Of a DNA stretch of 64,000 nt, positions 55,401-64,000 are shown piece after piece. The stretch is taken from positions 62,001 to 126,000 of the forward strand of contig CAXHJY010001692.1 in assembly GCA_964016885.1 (NCBI GenBank). Reading direction: 5' to 3'. The stretch's first letter is position 1; each line of letters begins with the position of its first letter. A model generated the notes under the pieces. It was not told the DNA's origin and ran no database searches. It was given only the letters and a program-made list of their open reading frames with translations. The stretch comes from Eledone cirrhosa (lineage: Eukaryota). The translations under genes were made by a program, and so were the position numbers.

Positions 55401-58400
55401 GGTCCAATAGAATGACAGTCGTTAGAACGTCCAATAGAATGACAGTCGTTAGAACGTTCAATAGAATGACAGTCGTTAGAACGTCCAATAGAATGACAGT
55501 CGTTAGAACGTTCAATAGAATGACAGTCGTTAGAACGTTCAATAGAATGACAGTCGTTAGAACGTTCAATAGAATGACAGTCGTTAGAACGTCCAATAGA
55601 ATGACAGTCGTTAGAACGTTCAATAGAATGACAGTCGTTAGTACGTCCAATAGAATGCCAGTCGTTATAACGTTCAATAGAATGACAGTCGTTAGAACGT
55701 CCAATAGAATGACAGTCGTTAGAACGTCCAATAGAATGACATTCGTTAGAAGGTCCAATAAAATGACAGTCGGTAGTACGTCCAATAGAATGACAGTCGT
55801 TATAACGTTCAATAGAATGACAGTCGTTAGAACGTCCAATAGAATGACAGTCGTTAGAACGTCCAATAGAATGACAGTCGTTAGAACGTTCAATAGAATG
55901 ACAGTCGTTAGAACGTCCAATAGAATGACAGTCGTTAGAACGTTCAATAGAATGACAGTCGTTAGAACGTTCAATAGAATGACAGTCGTTAGAACGTCCA
56001 ATAGAATGACAGTCGTTAGAACGTTCAATAGAATGACAGTCGTTAGAACGTTCAATAGAATGACAGTCGTTAGAACGTTCAATAGAATGACAGTCGTTAG
56101 AACGTCCAATAGAATGACAGTCGTTAGAACGTTCAATAGAATGACAGTCGTTATAACGTTCAATAGAATAACAGTCGTTAGAACGTTCAATAGAATGACG
56201 GTCGTTAGAACGTCCAATAGAATGACAGTCGTTAGAACGTTCAATAGAATGACAGTCGTTAGAACGTCCAATAGAATGACAGCCGTTACTACGTCCAATA
56301 GAATGACAGTCGTTAGAACGTCCAATAGAATGACAGTCGTTATAACGTTCAATAGAATGACAGTCGTTAGAAGGTCCAATAGAATGACAGTCGTTAGAAC
56401 GTCCAATAGAATGACAGTCGTTAGAAGGTCCAATAGAATGACAGTCGTTAGAACGTCCAATAGAATGACAGTCGTTAGAACGTCCAATAGAATGACAGTC
56501 GTTATAAAGTTCAATAGAATGACAGTCGTTAGAACGTCCAATAGAATGACAGTCGTTAGAAGGTCCAATAGAATGACAGTCGTTAGAACGTCCAATAGAA
56601 TGACAGTCGTTAGAACGTTCAATAGAATGACAGTCGTTAGAACGTTCAATAGAATGACAGTCTTTAGCACGTCCAATATAATGACAGTCGTTAGAACGTC
56701 CAATAGAATGACAGTCGTTAGAACGTCCAATAGAATGACAGTCGTTAGAACGTTCAATAGAATGACAGTCGTTAGAAGGTCCAATAGAATGACAGTCGTT
56801 AGAAGTTCAATAGAATGACAGTCGTTAGAACGTCCAATAGAATAACAGTCGTTAGAACGTCCAATAGAATGACAGTCGTTAGAACGTCCAATAGAATGAC
56901 AGTCGTTAGAACGTTCAATAGAATGACAGTCGTTAGAACGTTCAATAGAATGACAGTCGTTAGAACGTTCAATAGAATGACAGTCGTTAGAACGTCCAAT
57001 AGAATGACAGTCGTTAGAACGTTCAATAGAATGACAGTCGTCATAACGTTCAATAGAATGACAGTCGTTAGAACGTTCAATAGAATGACAGTCGTTAGAA
57101 CGTCCAATAGAATGACAGTCGTTAGAACGTCCAATAGAATAACAGTCGTTAGAACGTCCAATAGAATGACAGTCGTTAGAACGTTCAATAGAATGACAGT
57201 CGTTAGAACGTCCAATAGAATGACAGTCGTTACTACGTCCAATAGAATGACAGTCGTTAGAACGTTCAATAGAATGACAGTCGTTAGAACGTTCAATAGA
57301 ATGACAGTCGTTAGAACGTTCAATAGAATGACAGTCATTAAAACGTCCAATAGAATGACAGTCGTTAGAACGTCCAATAGAATAACAGTCGTTATAACGT
57401 TCAATAGAATGACAGTCGTTAGAAGGTCCAATAGAATGACAGTCGTTAGAACGTCCAATAGAATGACAGTCGTTAGAACGTCCAATAGAATGACAGTCGT
57501 TAGAACGTTCAATAGAATGACAGTCTTTAGAACGTCCAATAGAATGACAGTCGTTAGAACGTCCAATAGAATGACAGTCGTTAGAACGTCCAATAGAATG
57601 TCAGTCGTTAGAACGTTCAATAGAATGACAGTCGTTAGAAGGTCCAATAGAATGACAGTCGTTAGAACGTCCAATAGAATGACAGTCGTTAGAACGTCCA
57701 ATAGAATGACAGTCGTTAGAACGTCCAATAGAATGACAGTCGTTAGAACGTTCAATAGAATGACAGTCGTTAGAACGTCCAATAGAATGACAGTCGTTAG
57801 AACGTTCAATAGAATGACAGTCGTTAGAAGGTCCAATAGAATGACAGTCGTTAGAACGTCCAATAGAATGACAGTCGTTAGAACGTCCAATAGAATGACA
57901 GTCGTTAGAACGTCCAAGAGAATGACAGTCGTTAGAACGTTCAATAGAATGACAGTCGTTAGAACGTCCAATAGAATGACAGTCGTTAGAACGTCCAATA
58001 GAATGACAGTCGTTAGAACGTTCAATAGAATGACAGTCGTTAGAACGTCCAATAGAATGACAGTCGTTAGAACGTTCAATAGAATGACAGTCGTTAGAAC
58101 GTTCAATAGAATGACAGTCGTTAGAACGTTCAATAGAATGACAGTCGTTAGAACGTCCAATAGAATGACAGTCGTTAGAACGTTCAATAGAATGACAGTC
58201 GTTAGTACGTCCAATAGAATGCCAGTCGTTATAACGTTCAATAGAATGACAGTCGTTAGAACGTCCAATAGAATGACAGTCGTTAGAACGTCCAATAGAA
58301 TGACATTCGTTAGAAGGTCCAATAAAATGACAGTCGGTAGTACGTCCAATAGAATGACAGTCGTTATAACGTTCAATAGAATGACAGTCGTTAGAACGTC

Positions 58401-61400
58401 CAATAGAATGACAGTCGTTAGAACGTCCAATAGAATGACAGTCGTTAGAACGTTCAATAGAATGACAGTCGTTAGAACGTCCAATAGAATGACAGTCGTT
58501 AGAACGTTCAATAGAATGACAGTCGTTAGAACGTCCAGTAGAATGACAGTCGTTAGAACGTTCAATAGAATGACATTCGTTAGAACGTCCAATAGAATGA
58601 CAGTCGTTAGAACGTCCAATAGAATGACAGTCGTTAGTACGTCCAATAGAATGACAGTCGTTAGAACGTTCAATAGAATGACAGTCGTTAGAACGTCCAA
58701 TAGAATGACAGTCGTTAGAACGTTCAATAGAATGACAGTCGTTAGAACGTTCAATAGAATGACAGTCGTTAGAACGTTCAATAGAATGACAGTCGTTAGA
58801 ACGTCCAATAGAATGACAGTCGTTAGAACGTTCAATAGAATGACAGTCGTTATAACGTTCAATAGAATAACAGTCGTTAGAACGTTCAATAGAATGACGG
58901 TCGTTAGAACGTCCAATAGAATGACAGTCGTTAGAACGTTCAATAGAATGACAGTCGTTAGAACGTCCAATAGAATGACAGCCGTTACTACGTCCAATAG
59001 AATGACAGTCGTTAGAACGTCCAATAGAATGACAGTCGTTATAACGTTCAATAGAATGACAGTCGTTAGAAGGTCCAATAGAATGACAGTCGTTAGAACG
59101 TCCAATAGAATGACAGTCGTTAGAAGGTCCAATAGAATGACAGTCGTTAGAACGTCCAATAGAATGACAGTCGTTAGAACGTCCAATAGAATGACAGTCG
59201 TTATAAAGTTCAATAGAATGACAGTCGTTAGAACGTCCAATAGAATGACAGTCGTTAGAAGGTCCAATAGAATGACAGTCGTTAGAACGTCCAATAGAAT
59301 GACAGTCGTTAGAACGTTCAATAGAATGACAGTCGTTAGAACGTTCAATAGAATGACAGTCTTTAGCACGTCCAATATAATGACAGTCGTTAGAACGTCC
59401 AATAGAATGACAGTCGTTAGAACGTCCAATAGAATGACAGTCGTTAGAACGTTCAATAGAATGACAGTCGTTAGAAGGTCCAATAGAATGACAGTCGTTA
59501 GAAGTTCAATAGAATGACAGTCGTTAGAACGTCCAATAGAATAACAGTCGTTAGAACGTCCAATAGAATGACAGTCGTTAGAACGTCCAATAGAATGACA
59601 GTCGTTAGAACGTTCAATAGAATGACAGTCGTTAGAACGTTCAATAGAATGACAGTCGTTAGAACGTTCAATAGAATGACAGTCGTTAGAACGTCCAATA
59701 GAATGACAGTCGTTAGAACGTTCAATAGAATGACAGTCGTCATAACGTTCAATAGAATGACAGTCGTTAGAACGTTCAATAGAATGACAGTCGTTAGAAC
59801 GTCCAATAGAATGACAGTCGTTAGAACGTCCAATAGAATAACAGTCGTTAGAACGTCCAATAGAATGACAGTCGTTAGAACGTTCAATAGAATGACAGTC
59901 GTTAGAACGTCCAATAGAATGACAGTCGTTACTACGTCCAATAGAATGACAGTCGTTAGAACGTTCAATAGAATGACAGTCGTTAGAACGTTCAATAGAA
60001 TGACAGTCGTTAGAACGTTCAATAGAATGACAGTCATTAAAACGTCCAATAGAATGACAGTCGTTAGAACGTCCAATAGAATAACAGTCGTTATAACGTT
60101 CAATAGAATGACAGTCGTTAGAAGGTCCAATAGAATGACAGTCGTTAGAACGTCCAATAGAATGACAGTCGTTAGAACGTCCAATAGAATGACAGTCGTT
60201 AGAACGTTCAATAGAATGACAGTCTTTAGAACGTCCAATAGAATGACAGTCGTTAGAACGTCCAATAGAATGACAGTCGTTAGAACGTCCAATAGAATGT
60301 CAGTCGTTAGAACGTTCAATAGAATGACAGTCGTTAGAAGGTCCAATAGAATGACAGTCGTTAGAACGTCCAATAGAATGACAGTCGTTAGAACGTCCAA
60401 TAGAATGACAGTCGTTAGAACGTCCAATAGAATGACAGTCGTTAGAACGTTCAATAGAATGACAGTCGTTAGAACGTCCAATAGAATGACAGTCGTTAGA
60501 ACGTTCAATAGAATGACAGTCGTTAGAAGGTCCAATAGAATGACAGTCGTTAGAACGTCCAATAGAATGACAGTCGTTAGAACGTCCAATAGAATGACAG
60601 TCGTTAGAACGTCCAAGAGAATGACAGTCGTTAGAACGTTCAATAGAATGACAGTCGTTAGAACGTCCAATAGAATGACAGTCGTTACTACGTCCAATAG
60701 AATGACAGTCGTTAGAACGTCCAATAGAATGACAGTCGTTATAACGTTCAATAGAATGACAGTCGTTAGAAGGTCCAATAGAATGACAGTCGTTAGAACG
60801 TCCAATAGAATGACAGTCGTTAGAAGGTCCAATAGAATGACAGTCGTTAGAACGTCCAATAGAATGACAGTATTTAGAACGTCCAATAGAATGACAGTCG
60901 TTATAAAGTTCAATAGAAGGACAGTCGTTAGAAGGTCCAATAGAATGACAGTCGTTAGAACGTCCAATAGAATATCAGTCGTTAGAACGTCCAATAGAAT
61001 GACAGTCGTTAGAACGTTCAATAGAATGACAGTCGTTAGAACGTTCAATAGAATGACAGTCTTTAGAACGTCCAATATAATGACAGTCGTTAGAACGTCC
61101 AATAGAATGACAGTCGTTAGAACGTCCAATAGAATGACAGTCGTTAGAACGTTCAATAGAATGACAGTCGTTAGAACGTCCAATAGAATGACAGTCGTTA
61201 GAAGTTCAATAGAATGACAGTCGTTAGAAGGTCCAATAGAATGACAGTCGTTAGAACGTTCAATAGAATGACAGTCGTTAGAACGTCCAATAGAATGACA
61301 GTCGTTATAACGTTCAATAGAATGACAGTCGTTAGAACGTCCAATAGAATGACAGTCGTTAGAACGTCCAATAGAATGACAGTCGTTAGAACGTCCAATA

Positions 61401-64000
61401 GAATGACAGTCGTTAGAACGTTCAATAGAATGACAGTCGTTAGAACGTTCAATAGAATGTCAGTCGTTACAACGTTCAATAGAATGACAGTCGTTAGAAC
61501 GTCCAATAGAATGACAGTCGTTAGAACGTTCAATAGAATGACAGTCGTCATAACGTTCAATAGAATGACAGTCGTTAGAAAGTTCAATAGAATGACAGTC
61601 GTTAGAACGTCCAATAGAATGACAGTCGTTAGAACGTCCAATAGAATGACAGTCGTTAGAACGTCCAATAGAATGACAGTCGTTAGAACGTTCAATAGAA
61701 TGACAGTCGTTAGAACGTCCAATAGAATGACAGTCGTTAGAACGTTCAATAGAATGACAGTCGTTAGAACGTTCAATAGAATGACAGTCGTTAGAACGTT
61801 CAATAGAATGACAGTCGTTAGAACGTCCAATAGAATGACAGTCGTTAGAACGTTCAATAGAATGACAGTCGTTATAACGTTCAATAGAATAACAGTCGTT
61901 AGAACGTTCAATAGAATGACAGTCGTTAGAACGTCCAATAGAATGAGAGTCGTTAGAACGTCCAATAGAATGACAGTCGTTACTACGTCCAATAGAATGA
62001 CAGTCGTTAGAACGTCCAATAGAATGACAGTCGTTATAACGTTCAATAGAATGATAGTCGTTAGAAGGTCCAATAGAATGACAGTCGTTAGAACGTCCAA
62101 TAGAATGACAGTCGTTAGAAGGTCCAATAGAATGACAGTCGTTAGAACGTCCAATAGAATGACAGTCGTTAGAACGTCCAATAGAATGACAGTCGTTATA
62201 AAGTTCAATAGAAGGACAGTCGTTAGAAGGTCCAATAGAATGACAGTCGTTAGAACGTCCAATAGAATGACAGTCGTTAGAACGTCCAATAGAATGACAG
62301 TCGTTAGAACGTTCAATAGAATGACAGTCGTTAGAACGTTCAATAGAATGACAGTCTTTAGCACGTCCAATATAATGACAGTCGTTAGAACGTCCAATAG
62401 AATGACAGTCGTTAGAACGTCCAATAGAATGACAGTCGTTAGAACGTTCAATAGAATGACAGTCGTTAGAAGGTCCAATAGAATGACAGTCGTTAGAAGT
62501 TCAATAGAATGACAGTCGTTAGAACGTCCAATAGAATGACAGTCGTTAGAACGTCCAATAGAATGACAGTCGTTAGAACGTCCAATAGAATGACAGTCGT
62601 TAGAACGTCCAATAGAATGACAGTCGTTAGAACGTTCAATAGAATGACAGTCGTTAGAACGTTCAATAGAATGACAGTCGTTAGAACGTTCAATAGAATG
62701 ACAGTCGTTAGAACGTCCAATAGAATGACAGTCGTTAGAACGTCCAATAGAATAACAGTCGTTAGAACGTCCAATAGAATGACAGTCGTTAGAACGTTCA
62801 ATAGAATGACAGTCGTTAGAACGTCCAATAGAATGACAATCGTTACTACGTCCAATAGAATGACAGTCGTTAGAACGTCCAATAGAATAACAGTCGTTAT
62901 AACGTTCAATAGAATGACAGTCGTTAGAAGGTCCAATAGAATGACAGTCGTTAGAACGTCCAATAGAATGACAGTCGTTAGAACGTCCAATAGAATGACA
63001 GTCGTTAGAACGTCCAATAGAATGACAGTCGTTAGAATGTTCAATAGAATGACAGTCGTTAGAACGTCCAATAGAATGACAGTCGTTAGAACGTCCAATA
63101 GAATGACAGTCGTTAGAACGTCCAATAGAATGACAGTCGTTAGAACGTTCAATAGAATGACAGTCGTTAGATCGTTCAATAGAATGACAGTCTTTAGAAC
63201 GTCCAATAGAATGACAGTCGTTAGAACGTCCAATAGAATGACAGTCGTTAGAACGTCCAATAGAATGACAGTCGTTAGAACGTCCAATAGAATGACAGTC
63301 GTTAGAACGTCCAATAGAATGACAGTCGTTAGAACGTCCAATAGAATGACAGTCGTTAGAACGTCCAATAGAATGACAGTCGTTAGAACGTCCAATAGAA
63401 TGACAGTCGTTAGAACGTTCAATAGAATGACAGTCGTTAGATCGTTCAATAGAATGACAGTCTTTAGAACGTCCAATAGAATGACAGTCGTTAGAACGTC
63501 CAATAGAATGACAGTCGTTAGAACGTCCAATAGAATGACAGTCGTTAGAACGTTCAATAGAATGACAGTCGTTAGAAGGTCCAATAGAATGACAGTCGTT
63601 AGAACGTCCAATAGAATGACAGTCGTTAGAACGTCCAATAGAATGACAGTCGTTAGAACGTCCAATAGAATGACAGTCGTTAGAACGTTCAATAGAATGA
63701 CAGTCGTTAGAACGTCCAATAGAATGACAGTCGTTAGAACGTTCAATAGAATGACAGTCGTTAGAAGGTCCAATAGAATGACAGTCGTTAGAACGTCCAA
63801 TAGAATGACAGTCGTTAGAACGTCCAATAGAATGACAGTCGTTAGAACGTCCAATAGAATGACAGTCGTTAGAACGTCCAATAGAATGACAGTCGTTAGA
63901 ACGTTCAATAGAATGACAGTCGTTAGAAGGTCCAATAGAATGACAGTCGTTAGAACGTCCAATAGAATGACAGTCGTTAGAACGTCAAATAGAATGACAG
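46494..64000. repeat. Right-hand subfamily domain with 26-bp deletion monomers and private variants
   Basis: A 26-bp monomer (GTTAGAAGTTCAAT) occurs at 48579, 54333, 56789, 59488, 61188 and 62483. The variants atgcca, ataaag, gtcgtcata and gtctttagcacg were seen only here. Confidence 0.85.

Larger units (their letters stand above)
1..64000. repeat. 27-bp tandem satellite/minisatellite array, consensus ATGACAGTCGTTAGAACGTYCAATAGA, ~2,370 copies, single orientation, open at both window ends
   Basis: Read directly. The first full monomer starts at 11 and the unit recurs without spacers to 64000. Most monomers differ from consensus by 0-2 substitutions. Copy number is 64000/27. Confidence 0.99.

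Noticed and set aside
11-63962. All ORFs in the track as protein-coding genes
   Set aside because: They are pure translations of one 27-bp unit on both strands, with no unique domains, signal peptides or termini. Their boundaries coincide with indel monomers, and duplicated frameshifts are tolerated.
1-64000. CRISPR array (27-bp repeat with partial dyad symmetry)
   Set aside because: Repeats are directly adjacent, with no unique spacers, no leader and no cas genes in the window.
1-64000. Rolling-circle or reverse-transcriptase concatemer (DRT2/neo-like endless ORF) or telomerase-added repeats
   Set aside because: Repeated copying of one short template would give identical units or independent errors. 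Here, ordered strings of variants are re-copied in multi-kb blocks, which indicates chromosomal duplication. G and C are also nearly balanced between strands (6 G versus 4-5 C), unlike most telomere repeats, and no RT gene is present.
1-64000. Whole array as a sequencing or synthetic artefact
   Set aside because: Rare multi-SNV haplotypes recur in consistent order with nested private changes, which random error would not produce. Only the 1091 junction and 41.5-43.7 kb look suspect, although total copy number may still be mis-assembled.

Overview
The whole 64 kb window is one uninterrupted head-to-tail tandem array of a 27-bp monomer, consensus ATGACAGTCGTTAGAACGT(C/T)CAATAGA (about 2,370 copies, 37-41% GC). 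It runs off both window edges. I saw no unique sequence, inversion, transposon, RNA gene, CRISPR spacer or recognisable gene. The giant ORFs in the track follow from the monomer being 9 codons long and stop-free in 3 of 6 frames (+ MTVVRTSNR; - LLDVLTTVI and SIGRSNDCH). The real information is in the order of variant monomers. That order shows nested duplications from 1 to more than 400 monomers, a B-A-B-B-A block arrangement punctuated by a recurring cassette of 29-bp monomers, a mappable unequal-crossover junction near 29.1 kb, a distinct right-hand subfamily marked by 26-bp monomers, and a probable assembly artefact at about 41.5-43.7 kb. The best reading is a young, actively turning-over satellite or giant minisatellite, probably eukaryotic (inference; the organism cannot be determined). 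I found no solid evidence for a new gene system. The only lead in that direction is that common variants are synonymous or conservative in one minus-strand frame.
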